Virus record (IMG/VR): IMGVR_UViG_3300012942_000116
Span: 1 to 28,000 of that record
DNA: 28,000 nucleotides
Direction: 5' to 3' (one strand)
DNA from: a virus
Taxonomy: Duplodnaviria; Caudoviricetes
The position numbers and the translations under genes were made by a program. Shown piece after piece: positions 7,790 to 17,164 of this stretch; within the stretch, counting starts at the first letter, position 1, and each line of letters begins with the position of its first letter. The notes beneath the pieces were generated by a model, which was given only the letters and a program-made list of their open reading frames with translations, ran no database searches and had not been told where the DNA came from.

Positions 7790-8327
7790 GCGGCACATTA
7801 ATAAGTTCGCTGCCTTGATGGAGCAGTTCGCTGCTCTGAATGGACAGGACGCCGTCGAGAATCTAGAAGCCGTTAAGTTACAGGAACTTTATTCGACTGA
7901 GGGGTTGATGCTTGAAGCCCACGCTGTTTATAATTTCTTCGAAGCGCGGGTTCAACCTTTTATTGAAAAGGACGAGAAGCCTTCAGATTTCGATCGTCGC
8001 TACAGGGAATGGCGTTTTAAGCGTTGTAAGGGATGCGGAGAAGTTTTTGCCTACGCCTGGGATTATGATTCTATTTCCTTCTGTAGCCTAGATTGTCTTG
8101 AGGCCGATTTAGAAAAAGTTGGAATTGTTTTCTCTCGTCACAAAGATCTTAAGCGACGCTGGGGGAAGAAGTACCCTGCAATTGTGCCTTCATCCGCTCT
8201 GCAAACACTACAAGAGCTTCATCCGAATTTAGAGGTAATTCCGCAGGAATTCGTTTCCGACCAGCCCAACGTTGCTTCTGACGCTGACGATCAGTTGGTG
8301 ACTCCCCACCCCAGAAACCAAAGTTGA
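7761..8327 (+). CDS. hypothetical protein with zinc-ribbon motif
   Basis: CKGC-x12-FCSLDC (treble-clef / TRASH-like spacing). GTG start follows GGAGTAGGAG. Confidence 0.7.
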   Translation: MPQKTVKVGKRHINKFAALMEQFAALNGQDAVENLEAVKLQELYSTEGLMLEAHAVYNFFEARVQPFIEKDEKPSDFDRRYREWRFKRCKGCGEVFAYAWDYDSISFCSLDCLEADLEKVGIVFSRHKDLKRRWGKKYPAIVPSSALQTLQELHPNLEVIPQEFVSDQPNVASDADDQLVTPHPRNQS

Positions 8328-8538
8328 TGGAAGGAAACTCCATACCCGCGAGTTTGCATTGTTGGATTACAGGGCAGTCAGAACAGTAAGCACGAATCTT
8401 TCTAGCAGTAGCAAGATTGGCCCCGTTCTTCACATGAGGAAAAAATGGGTCCTGGGCTTCGTCTCTGCGGCGTAGTAATAACAAAATATCTGGATCGTTA
8501 CCGCATTTAGCGTCTCGATACCACATGGGTAGAGTCAC
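8149..8538 (-). CDS. whiB: WhiB-family Fe-S transcription factor
   Basis: W..DAKC ... FFP ... AYCSDCPVIQQC ... GFWGGES..DR: four Cys plus a G[VIF]WGG turn. GTG start with AAGGGG upstream. Confidence 0.85.
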   Translation of the reverse strand: MTLPMWYRDAKCGNDPDILLLLRRRDEAQDPFFPHVKNGANLATARKIRAYCSDCPVIQQCKLAGMEFPSINFGFWGGESPTDRQRQKQRWAGRKRIPAELPLNSDEALVVFAERMKAQLQGTSSPSVA

Positions 8539-8539
8539 G

Positions 8540-8586
8540 AGAGAGCCCCTTACTTCTAGTTATGCGACTAGAGTAAGGGGCTCTCT
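8540..8586. terminator. long inverted repeat (about 20-bp stem), terminator or translational control
   Basis: agagagccccttact(t)ctagt-tatgcg-actagagtaaggggctctct lies between the amidase stop and the whiB start. Confidence 0.75.
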
Positions 8587-8601
8587 TCGTTAAGTCAATG
8601 G

Positions 8602-9267
8602 TTAGTTTGACTTTTTTGCTGGTGGTTTCTTAGCAGTTTTCTTAGCAGCAGTCTTTTTGGCTGGCGCTTTTTTAGCTACAGAAGTTGAGATTTCTGCTTT
8701 AGTCTTAGAGACTAACTTAGCCTTCTGGGCTTTTTCAATCGTCTCTCGTTGTTTGATTAACCAAGGACGAAGCACCTTATGAATTTGGACAATTCGCTTA
8801 GGTCCAGGGCAGGACTTAGGAGTAATTAACCACTGAGTGAATTGACTGTGGTATCCAACACCTTCACCATTCCAGGCACGGGCTAAATGAAGAGGAATAC
8901 CGGCCTCACGGTGAAGCCAAAGAATTAAATTCTTAAGAGATGCAAGTTGCTTCTTGGACCATTTTCCGTTACCAAGGCCCTCGGTTTCAATGGAGACCGC
9001 GAAATCGTTAGCAGCAACATTAGCGTCCGCTTGGACATAAATAGAACGGTACTGCTCAATGGCTCCATTCTTTTTTACAAGAAAGTGCGCCTCGACGTGA
9101 GTCGTGTCTTGTAAACTTAAGAACCAGTTGAATAGACCGTTAGGAGTTTTTGATCCTGCAACGTGGAGAATTACCATCCGCGGTTTGATAGGCGGATCAC
9201 TAGACTCGATTGGTAGTAATTCTACCTTGGCTGCTTTGGGATAAATTCCGTGTTTAACTGTAGTCAT
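8602..9267 (-). CDS. endolysin, N-acetylmuramoyl-L-alanine amidase (Amidase_2) with Lys/Ala-rich tail
   Basis: ILHVAG, AHFLV, SIETEG, GYHSQF and KSCPG zinc-amidase motifs. C-terminal AKKAPAKKTAAKKTAKKPPAKK. Confidence 0.85.
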   Translation of the reverse strand: MTTVKHGIYPKAAKVELLPIESSDPPIKPRMVILHVAGSKTPNGLFNWFLSLQDTTHVEAHFLVKKNGAIEQYRSIYVQADANVAANDFAVSIETEGLGNGKWSKKQLASLKNLILWLHREAGIPLHLARAWNGEGVGYHSQFTQWLITPKSCPGPKRIVQIHKVLRPWLIKQRETIEKAQKAKLVSKTKAEISTSVAKKAPAKKTAAKKTAKKPPAKKSN

Positions 9268-9477
9268 TTAGCTAACTTCTCCATCGGAATCAGAGTCAGA
9301 ACTATTAGCGCTTTTGGACGGTACAAGGAGGCCGACCATCGCCGTCAGGCCGCCCACGGCCACCGTTGGCAGCGTCTCGGGCACGCCACGGTCGAAGGCT
9401 GAGAGCCCAATAATTCCTGCCAGCGCAAGTAAAACCATCGCACCGACTAAGAGTAAAACAATCTTTAAGTGTCCCAT
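9268..9477 (-). CDS. putative holin (two transmembrane segments)
   Basis: 69 aa with two hydrophobic stretches and a polar tail, immediately upstream of the amidase. Confidence 0.6.
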   Translation of the reverse strand: MGHLKIVLLLVGAMVLLALAGIIGLSAFDRGVPETLPTVAVGGLTAMVGLLVPSKSANSSDSDSDGEVS

Positions 9478-9484
9478 CTTTTCC

Positions 9485-9808
9485 CTACTTACTGATTATC
9501 GTTACTGCGGATAAAACAACCATACACACAGGACTGGCTACAGCAGCGAAGATAGCGATTTTGAACTGATTACCGTAGTCTTCTTTTCGTGTTTTATACT
9601 TCTCAAATTCACGCTCCATTTCCGCGTGTCGTTCTTTTAAATTATTCATCTCGTCTAAGACTGGTTGTAAGACAAGATTAAGAGTCTCTTTGGTAGGGTA
9701 ATTGAGGATGATGGTATCTAGCTTAGTTAGTACACTCTGGATAGATTGTTCTAATTGCGTAAGACGCCAGTCAGCCAATGGTGTGGGGCGGATAGACTCA
9801 TCAACCAT
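9485..9808 (-). CDS. membrane protein, coiled coil plus C-terminal TM (lysis-cassette associated)
   Basis: Heptad-like RLTQLEQ...LKERHAEMERE segment and hydrophobic C-terminus, adjacent to holin and amidase. Confidence 0.6.
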   Translation of the reverse strand: MVDESIRPTPLADWRLTQLEQSIQSVLTKLDTIILNYPTKETLNLVLQPVLDEMNNLKERHAEMEREFEKYKTRKEDYGNQFKIAIFAAVASPVCMVVLSAVTIISK

Positions 9809-10106
9809 TACTAAGTGCTTCCTGTAGCCGTTTCCATTGATTCTGTAAAGCCTTGTTGTACCGTGAGGTCTGATTATTGATACTTTGCTGGTAGGTATCC
9901 GCCCCTTGCTGTTGTAAATTAGCTAATTGAGATAATACGTCGTTAGCTTGGGAAGCATAATCATACTCAGGAAGAACATTAGGAAGCCCCGTAGAACTAG
10001 TAGAGTTTTGAATCTCCTGTAGCCAACGTTGCATTGCTTGTTGGGAAAGTGTCTTTCCGGTAACGTCAGGAAGACTTCCCTGCATAATCATAGAATCCGC
10101 AGCCAT
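9801..10106 (-). CDS. Gln-rich hypothetical (possible internal virion) protein
   Basis: Part of ORF 9801..10124. ATG at 10106 is coupled (TAATG) to the upstream stop. Confidence 0.65.
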   Translation of the reverse strand: MAADSMIMQGSLPDVTGKTLSQQAMQRWLQEIQNSTSSTGLPNVLPEYDYASQANDVLSQLANLQQQGADTYQQSINNQTSRYNKALQNQWKRLQEALSNG

Positions 10107-11050
10107 TACTCCAACACTCCCCAACCAGACAAATCAATCGGAACACTAAAGTGCATATAATCTTTTTTGGTGTGCCAGTCCCCGCCCCACACCAAACCAT
10201 ACTTGTTAGCTAAATCGCCTACCGATGAAGGAAGTGTATGTCCAACATTTCCACTTGTATCGTGAGTATAGGGATTTTTGCTAGCGTCAATATCAATAGC
10301 AAGACCGAAACTGTGGAGGCTTGGCGCGCTACTTTCAATCATTGAACGATCAGAGTAACTTCCAATAGAACTAGGAGTGTAACCTGCCTTCTTAAGCGCA
10401 GTAAGGAAGCCCAAAACGTTTGGGGCTACAGAAGCGTTAAGAGTTAGACTGAATCCGTTCCATTTGTAGGTCTGTAACCCCGCGTTGAAGTTGAAGTTCT
10501 TATCCGCGGCAAGATTGTTACCTAAACCTGAGGCTAGGGTAGCCGTGTAATTACCAGGGCTGCTGTCACCCGAACCTTGGCCGTTAACCGCAGGAATAAT
10601 CGGATTGTAGGTACTCTGAGCCTTGTCAATTTGGTTAATTTTCTTCGTAGTTTGGTTACGAAGTTGCCTAATGCTTTGATTAACTGCTTGGCTATTTTGT
10701 GTGATAACGTTTTGCTGCTTTTGGTTGGCGGCCTGCTGCTGAGCAAGCTGCTTTTGTGCGTTTTGTAACGCTTGCTGGCTAAGAGTATTTTGAATGCCAA
10801 CAGCCTGATTCGCGGCCGCGTTAGCATCAAAGTTTTGTACGTTCTGTCGAGTTTGTTCCCACTGGTCAGCAGCGTTTGTCTCGTACTGCTGGGGATTGGT
10901 ACTAAGTACAGAAGGCGTGAAGTTAGAAGCGTCGGGGTTTTGTAACTGTTGGCGTTGCAGTACCTTTTGTAAATTTTGAGTAGAAGCCTGCGTTCCTTGG
11001 TGAACTTTATCAAGTAACGCTTGAAGAACTTCGGGTGACATTGCAGTCAT
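10106..11050 (-). CDS. virion-associated protein with C-terminal M15-family peptidoglycan peptidase
   Basis: Q/N-rich coiled-coil N-terminus. R...SLHSFGLAIDI ... WGGDW ... DYMHF matches the M15 zinc peptidase motifs. Confidence 0.8.
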   Translation of the reverse strand: MTAMSPEVLQALLDKVHQGTQASTQNLQKVLQRQQLQNPDASNFTPSVLSTNPQQYETNAADQWEQTRQNVQNFDANAAANQAVGIQNTLSQQALQNAQKQLAQQQAANQKQQNVITQNSQAVNQSIRQLRNQTTKKINQIDKAQSTYNPIIPAVNGQGSGDSSPGNYTATLASGLGNNLAADKNFNFNAGLQTYKWNGFSLTLNASVAPNVLGFLTALKKAGYTPSSIGSYSDRSMIESSAPSLHSFGLAIDIDASKNPYTHDTSGNVGHTLPSSVGDLANKYGLVWGGDWHTKKDYMHFSVPIDLSGWGVLE

Positions 11051-14000
11051 TAGTTCTTCCTCTTCTCTTCAAATTCAGCAGACTTGGTGTAGCGACCAGT
11101 ACCTGTAATTCCAGCACCAAGAATTGCATTGAGAATTGCTTCGGTACGTGAATTCTCTGTGCCTTCTTGAGTGTGCTTGGTAGCACCAGTAAGCTTTGGA
11201 ACGTTGGAAAGGTAGGGAGTATTAGTAAGGAGGTAGTTAGCAAAACTAAGAGGTTGTCCACCTTCTTGGTTATAAATACCTTGACCAGTCGGTTTATATC
11301 CTGTAGCCAATTCGGCAGGAATCGTGAAGAAAGGAGTTAAGTCGTTGTAGAGTCCTTCACGAATTTGACCAGGTGAGGCATTTTTGCCTAATAGGTCAGA
11401 AATAAGACCGATCGGGAAGGCACCCTGAGAGGGATCAATAATTGTGTAACCCTGTTCTTGTCCACCCATTCCAATACTGTTTTGTCCTAATTTACCGAAC
11501 CAACGAGCAAAAGGATTATCCGATTGGGCTTCGCCAACAGGGCCAATTCCTGTAGCTTCCATCCAATCAGGAAATAATTGATCTTGCGGGAATTGATCAG
11601 TAGGTCCAGGTGATTGAATTCCTACCGCTTGCTGGACAGCGTAAGTAGCCTTAGGGTAGGCAGTAATCTTAGCAGGCTTAAGAACCATTGACTCAAGTAC
11701 AAGAGGAATAGCCTTACGCGACCAAGAATAGAATGGCATGATGTTGCGCATGTACTGCTGTTCGAACTTGGTTAAGTCTGTACCATCAGGGTGGAACTTA
11801 CGAATTTCTTCGGTTCCACCAGAGAAAGCCTGCTTAAGTAGTTCAGCCCTGGCTACAGGATCAGTTTCTTTAGCAAGTTTTTTCAGAGCAACAACGTTTC
11901 CGCGCTTCTCAAGATATCCAATAGCATGAGCCATTCGAACGTAGTGTTCGCGATACTCAGAAACTTTGGCAAAAGTATCGTGAACCTTACCGCCAAACGG
12001 ATTGAAAAGTCGAGATTTACGACCTACCGAGTCACCTGCGTCAAGAAGGTCTTCAACTTGGAAAGCACGAATTAGAAGGCCGTTGTCATGAAGAAGTTCG
12101 TACATTTCTGCAGAAGTAATTCCTGCACCATACTTGTTCACAATTTTGCGGAACGGCTTAGTGGCTACAGAAGCTTTGTCTTCGGTGCCAAGAATCGCAT
12201 GAAGTTCACGACTCATTGTGTCGCCGATTACATCTTCGTAGTAACGACCCGCGTCTTGAAGAACTCGACCCGCGCGATTGAAGATAGAAACATCGTTGTA
12301 CCCAGCCGCCCACGTATTCCAAGTGTCCCCAATTAAGTTACGAATGTGGTGAGAAGGGTAGTAAATAGTAACGGCAGTTTTCCACTTGCGAAGCGCGGTG
12401 GTAAGAAAAGCCGTCATGGGACTGCCGGGACGCCACCCTCCACGGTGAAAATCGTAGAGAAGACGTTGGAATTGTTTGGCAGCCTCGGGATGGAAACGAA
12501 CGTCAGGATGCACGCGAAAATTAACAAACCGTGAAGTGTGAACGTTAGGATCAAAGCCCGCTTCGCCAACTTTGCGACCTGCGTAACCGACAAAAGAGTC
12601 GATTAAGTTGTACTCAGAAAGAGTACGTTGAATTGCAAGGTCTAAGTTGTACAGGAATGAAACAGGGTCTTTGTCAATCGAAGCCAAATCAACGTTTCGC
12701 CAAGAATCTTGCCAGTTTTCACCAGTCTTAAATTGCCACTTAGAGCCAATTTCTTTTAAGTGAGTGTTGATGTTCTGAGGGGTAATAATCGAACGCGCGG
12801 CTACAGAACGGGCGATGTCTTCCTGTAGCTTAGAGTTGCTACCAAGCATTTCTTCCATGTACTGTTCGAAGAAACGACCAAGTTTAACTTCTCGATCAGA
12901 AAGGTTAGTCTCTTGAGTAGCCGCGATTTCAAGAACAGTCCGCTTATCTCCCATTTTAGAAAATGGTTGAACAGCAAGACGCCAGGCTGAAACAATTTCG
13001 TCGTTAGTGTATTCTTTGAGAATACGAGAAAGTTGAGCAGAACGAGCAGCGGCCCACTGACGATTAAGCGTAACTTCTGTGCGCTCCATAGATTTCATGA
13101 AGCCGCGTCCCCACCAAGTTGTGAGATTAAGACCCCACCACTGCTCTACGGTGTTAGCAATTTTAGCAGCATTAAGGAGTTTATCCCCAGTAAGTCCAAA
13201 AGTCTTATTGAGGGACTTAGCAACTTTCCACCTGAGCAGCGCAGCCTCAAGAGCTTCCTTAGAGTAGCCCTTACCGGATACTTCTAAACTGCGAAGACCT
13301 GTAGCCAGATGCTTGGCAATTAAACCGCCCAGAGCGTCTACTAGTTCCTGGGGTTCAATATCTTCTGTAGCCGGATAGTACTCAGCAATAATTTCTTTAA
13401 GACTGTTTTGCTCTTTCTTAGTAAGGGTGCCAACTAAGCCTGCTTCAAGTTTAACCTGCTCAGCCTTTTGAGAAAGCCACTGGCCTAATTGATAAGGAGT
13501 GAGTAGATTCTCCATTTCGGGATATTTACTAAGGATCTGTTGAAACATACGTCCACCAAGAATTCCGTACTGCGCTTGATTCTTGGCTACAGTAGTATCT
13601 ACTGCATCCGTTAAAGCCTTAATAGTAGCAGTCTGCTCTTCTGGCTTCACCTTATCCGCAAATTTGATATTTTTAATCGCCAGGTGGCCGTCAGTAGTAC
13701 TAAAAGACTTAAGTAAGGATTGGATAGTAGTCTTGCCAGAGTAGACAGCAGGGTCTAAATGCTCAATGACGTCAGCAAGATTAAGAGAATTCCCATTCCA
13801 ATCCGCAAAACGAAAGCCTTCCGCTTCCAACTCGCGCTGTGCAGTACGGAAAGCACTGAGTCCGTCGTCAGGACTAAGATGAGCAACTTTGTCAAAAAGT
13901 TTAGCCTGATCTTTGGGAGAAAGAATCTTTTCTTTACTTAGACCTTTTTTGACTTGAAGAGTTGCTTTACGAATTTCTCCTGTAGCGTCCTCAATAGGAG

Positions 14001-15174
14001 AAGAAGTCTTGAAGCGTGGGGTTAGATCTTCAACAGAACGCCCTGAGGTAGTACCTTCTTTTAAGTACCAATCAGAAAGTTTATTGACTAACGCAGGATC
14101 AAAACCTTCGTAAAACGGAAGAGAACCATCACGAAGAGCACGACTATAAGTAAGCGCGTCAAGTTGTGTCTGCCACTCTTCATCACTGAGAAGACCACTT
14201 TCGTGATCTGACATAGCCTTACGTACTTGAGTATCAAAATCTTTTTTAGTCGTACGCGTAAGGTTGTACAGATCACGACCTTGCATAAAGTCGTTTTTGA
14301 AGATAGGAAGTCCAGCAGTGTCTTCGATTAACTGTCTGGCTACAGAAGCGTTGTGAGGGTCTAAGGTAGCCGCGATTTGATCAAAGGCGTCTAAGTCTTC
14401 CTTGAGTTCTTTATTAGCCTGAGTAGGAGTAACGCCTTGACTATAAAGAGTTGCTTTCTTTTGACCAATGTCTCGCGCTTGGCTGAGTAAATTAACCGCA
14501 GCAGTTTTTTCCTCTTTAGAGCCACGCAATGCGTAGTTGGCAGCTTCTACCATTTCAGGAGTCTTGGCAAATACTTTCTCAAGCGCGCCAACCCCGGTAT
14601 AGGTTAGAGGATCGGTAGCAATGTCGATTGCAAAACCTAAGACACCTTTAGCAATTTTCTTGCTGATAGTGTTGTCAGGAAAGTCAAGGTCCTTAAGAAT
14701 CTTGGCGCCAGAAATTTCTTCTCCACCATTGTTTTTAGTTTTAAAGTTGTAGGTAAAGTGGGAGACTTCCTTTTCCCAAGGAGTTTTAATCGGACCTAAG
14801 TCAATGACAGGTTGAGCGTATCCAACAACACCAGCACTCAAGTCCCTAAGAACTTTGCCAGTAACTTTTAACGGAGCGTCGGACTTCTTAACTCCATTAA
14901 TAATGTCGTCAATGGAGTTCTCAACAGCCTGTCCTCCCGACCAAAGCCAGTCAAAAGCCTTGGAAATTACACCGCGATTGTCCTCATTAGAGTTAGCAGG
15001 AGTGATCGAAGTAGGGAGGGTAATTAATTGAGTGCTGTTTAAACTAGGTGCCTTGTACGAGAGCGCGGCTACAGGAGCGGCTACAGAAGTCGACTGTGAG
15101 GGTAACTTTGTAACTGCTTGAGTAAATGCACTTAAATCGAACTTAGGTGCTGCTGCCTTTTTAGGAGTAGCCAT
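11050..15174 (-). CDS. large (1374 aa) putative internal virion / DNA ejection protein
   Basis: Size, helical composition and position after nozzle and internal-protein genes. Motifs GFAIDIATDPLTY, HHIRNLIGD and MPFYSW resemble podoviral ejection proteins (from memory, not a search). Confidence 0.6.
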   Translation of the reverse strand: MATPKKAAAPKFDLSAFTQAVTKLPSQSTSVAAPVAALSYKAPSLNSTQLITLPTSITPANSNEDNRGVISKAFDWLWSGGQAVENSIDDIINGVKKSDAPLKVTGKVLRDLSAGVVGYAQPVIDLGPIKTPWEKEVSHFTYNFKTKNNGGEEISGAKILKDLDFPDNTISKKIAKGVLGFAIDIATDPLTYTGVGALEKVFAKTPEMVEAANYALRGSKEEKTAAVNLLSQARDIGQKKATLYSQGVTPTQANKELKEDLDAFDQIAATLDPHNASVARQLIEDTAGLPIFKNDFMQGRDLYNLTRTTKKDFDTQVRKAMSDHESGLLSDEEWQTQLDALTYSRALRDGSLPFYEGFDPALVNKLSDWYLKEGTTSGRSVEDLTPRFKTSSPIEDATGEIRKATLQVKKGLSKEKILSPKDQAKLFDKVAHLSPDDGLSAFRTAQRELEAEGFRFADWNGNSLNLADVIEHLDPAVYSGKTTIQSLLKSFSTTDGHLAIKNIKFADKVKPEEQTATIKALTDAVDTTVAKNQAQYGILGGRMFQQILSKYPEMENLLTPYQLGQWLSQKAEQVKLEAGLVGTLTKKEQNSLKEIIAEYYPATEDIEPQELVDALGGLIAKHLATGLRSLEVSGKGYSKEALEAALLRWKVAKSLNKTFGLTGDKLLNAAKIANTVEQWWGLNLTTWWGRGFMKSMERTEVTLNRQWAAARSAQLSRILKEYTNDEIVSAWRLAVQPFSKMGDKRTVLEIAATQETNLSDREVKLGRFFEQYMEEMLGSNSKLQEDIARSVAARSIITPQNINTHLKEIGSKWQFKTGENWQDSWRNVDLASIDKDPVSFLYNLDLAIQRTLSEYNLIDSFVGYAGRKVGEAGFDPNVHTSRFVNFRVHPDVRFHPEAAKQFQRLLYDFHRGGWRPGSPMTAFLTTALRKWKTAVTIYYPSHHIRNLIGDTWNTWAAGYNDVSIFNRAGRVLQDAGRYYEDVIGDTMSRELHAILGTEDKASVATKPFRKIVNKYGAGITSAEMYELLHDNGLLIRAFQVEDLLDAGDSVGRKSRLFNPFGGKVHDTFAKVSEYREHYVRMAHAIGYLEKRGNVVALKKLAKETDPVARAELLKQAFSGGTEEIRKFHPDGTDLTKFEQQYMRNIMPFYSWSRKAIPLVLESMVLKPAKITAYPKATYAVQQAVGIQSPGPTDQFPQDQLFPDWMEATGIGPVGEAQSDNPFARWFGKLGQNSIGMGGQEQGYTIIDPSQGAFPIGLISDLLGKNASPGQIREGLYNDLTPFFTIPAELATGYKPTGQGIYNQEGGQPLSFANYLLTNTPYLSNVPKLTGATKHTQEGTENSRTEAILNAILGAGITGTGRYTKSAEFEEKRKN

Positions 15175-16436
15175 TACTGACCTAAAACTTGACCTGCTTG
15201 GGCGTTGAGAAGTTGTTGAAGTTGGGCAAGGTAAGGAGACGTGTCACCCTTGTTAGCCGCGATAACCTTAATTAAGTCAACGAGGTTGCCAATGTTGTTG
15301 TTCAGAATTCCACTAGTAAGTTGGGCTTGGCTAGTAGCACTCTGGTTTTGGTCATTTTGAATCTGCTCGTTAAGTTGTGCCTGTTGAAGTGCTTGAGCAG
15401 AAGCGTCTTGCTGCCAACCAATAGCATTAGCCAGAGCGTCCAGGTAGTTCTTACTGTTATTTGTTTGAGACTTAGTAAAGGCGTTAAGAATAGACTGGTT
15501 GGCACCAGACTTGGCTTGAGCGCGCTCGCCCTTAAGGTTAGCCACTTGTTGTTGGTTACCAAGAAGGTAGTTCTGAAGGGTGTTAGTTAAATCTGCTTGC
15601 TGATTTGTAGAAGATGCGCCAGCAGAAGCAGCAAGGCTGTCTAATAATTGCTCAGCAGAAGCTTGTTGGTTAACTCCTGTAGCCGCAGCAGAATTAAGGA
15701 AATTTAGAGCAGAACTTCCATTTTGCGCAGCACTTTCGGCTACAGGGGCATTGCTTTGTTGAATTGCTGCGGCCGCGTCTTCGGGTGCAAGAATTTGTGA
15801 AAGAGACGAGTTAGTCGCTCCATTAATTGAGTTAGCTAGACCACTAATTTGACTGCTAGCGTTGTTAGCAATTCCGTTAAGTAAGTCAGTAACGTCTGTA
15901 GCGCGGGCTTGCTGTTGTGCCTGAAGACCTTGCATTTGGCTGAGGTAATTTTGGTAGGCGCTAGCGACTCGTGCCTGTGCTTCAGAAGTTTGCTTTTTGG
16001 CTAACTTGTTTTGACCACGAACAGAAGAAATTGCCGCAGTGTAAGGAGCAAGAAGACCTTTAAGATTAAAGTTCTTCCTGTAGTCAGAAAAAGTACCATT
16101 ACTCCCTAACAGACCTTGCGCCTGCATAAGGTATTGACTAATTGCAGAAGAAAGGGGATCAACTTGATTTGCTTCTTCTCCTACGCCAGGACCCGGAGGG
16201 TTGCCAACAAAAGGATTTCCTGTAGTGTCCATGTTGACACTGTTTTTGTTGGCAGCCTTAAGCTGCTCACTTGTTTTAAATTTTCCAGGATTTACAAGAT
16301 AAGGAACTTTAATGTCAGTACCAGGGACAGTAGTAAAACCTACAGTAGGTTCGGGCGACTTCTTCTTGGTAGAATTAAAGCCACCAGTGACAGAAACTAC
16401 GCCAGATTGCTTGGGCGAAGGAGACTTTTTAGTCAT
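15174..16436 (-). CDS. Ala/Gln/Asn/Ser-rich putative internal virion protein
   Basis: 420-aa low-charge helical composition, TAATG-coupled to the 1374-aa gene. Confidence 0.55.
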   Translation of the reverse strand: MTKKSPSPKQSGVVSVTGGFNSTKKKSPEPTVGFTTVPGTDIKVPYLVNPGKFKTSEQLKAANKNSVNMDTTGNPFVGNPPGPGVGEEANQVDPLSSAISQYLMQAQGLLGSNGTFSDYRKNFNLKGLLAPYTAAISSVRGQNKLAKKQTSEAQARVASAYQNYLSQMQGLQAQQQARATDVTDLLNGIANNASSQISGLANSINGATNSSLSQILAPEDAAAAIQQSNAPVAESAAQNGSSALNFLNSAAATGVNQQASAEQLLDSLAASAGASSTNQQADLTNTLQNYLLGNQQQVANLKGERAQAKSGANQSILNAFTKSQTNNSKNYLDALANAIGWQQDASAQALQQAQLNEQIQNDQNQSATSQAQLTSGILNNNIGNLVDLIKVIAANKGDTSPYLAQLQQLLNAQAGQVLGQ

Positions 16437-16444
16437 TTCAGGAC

Positions 16445-17164
16445 CTACTTGTAGGAGTAAGAAGTAGAAGGAAGTGAAACGTTAGTACCATATTGTGTGT
16501 TGTAGCGAGCCAGTGCGTTACCTAAAGCAGAAGCATAGGCTTGGTCACGCTGGTTGGCTAAGGCAGTTTGTTGAAGAACTTGGTTAGCATCAAAACGTGA
16601 TTGATCAGACACAAGATCGTTGTTCTGATTAGTATAATCAGTGTTTAAGTTGTCTTGTGCTTTTTGGAAAATTCCACTTCCATACAGACCGCGGCCCGCA
16701 AAGTCTTCTACCTGATTGTGTTGTGCTAAACCTTGAGAACGAGCAAGTCGCTGCAAAGCAGTAGCGTAGTCTTGGTCACCTGCTTGAGTAGCAAGATTTA
16801 ATTGGTTAAGACTATTGTTGTAAGTGTTATTTAAATTACCGTAGTCGTTGAGCCAAATAGGATCAAGAGACTGGTTAAAACTCGGAGGGTTGCTAGTAGT
16901 AATAGGCGTGTCCGTAGCAGCACCTGAGTCAGGATTGTTTGCGGCTACAGAAGCCTTACTCGCGTCGATGTTTAATTGGAAAGGAGTAATCTGAACAGGG
17001 TTGCCATAAGAGTTAGGATCAACACCTAAGGCATTAAAGTAAGCAATGGCGCGATTACGAGTGTTGGGATTAGTAATAGCCTGAAGCATCGCAGTAGGTG
17101 TAGCGCCATTTTGTACACCCGTTGATAAAAGAGTTTCAAGATTACTATTTGCGTACCTAGCCAT
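16445..17164 (-). CDS. Asn/Gln-rich putative internal virion protein
   Basis: 239 aa containing AGRGLYGSG. Lies directly after the tail genes. Confidence 0.55.
   Translation of the reverse strand: MARYANSNLETLLSTGVQNGATPTAMLQAITNPNTRNRAIAYFNALGVDPNSYGNPVQITPFQLNIDASKASVAANNPDSGAATDTPITTSNPPSFNQSLDPIWLNDYGNLNNTYNNSLNQLNLATQAGDQDYATALQRLARSQGLAQHNQVEDFAGRGLYGSGIFQKAQDNLNTDYTNQNNDLVSDQSRFDANQVLQQTALANQRDQAYASALGNALARYNTQYGTNVSLPSTSYSYK

Noticed and set aside
10534-11013. Long alternative-frame and antisense ORFs (e.g. 10534..11013, 3593..4039, 4259..4687, 22106..22618, 22908..23339, 23917..24348)
   Set aside because: They lie wholly or almost wholly within well-supported genes, have no recognisable motifs, and show L/R/S/F-rich shadow-frame composition.
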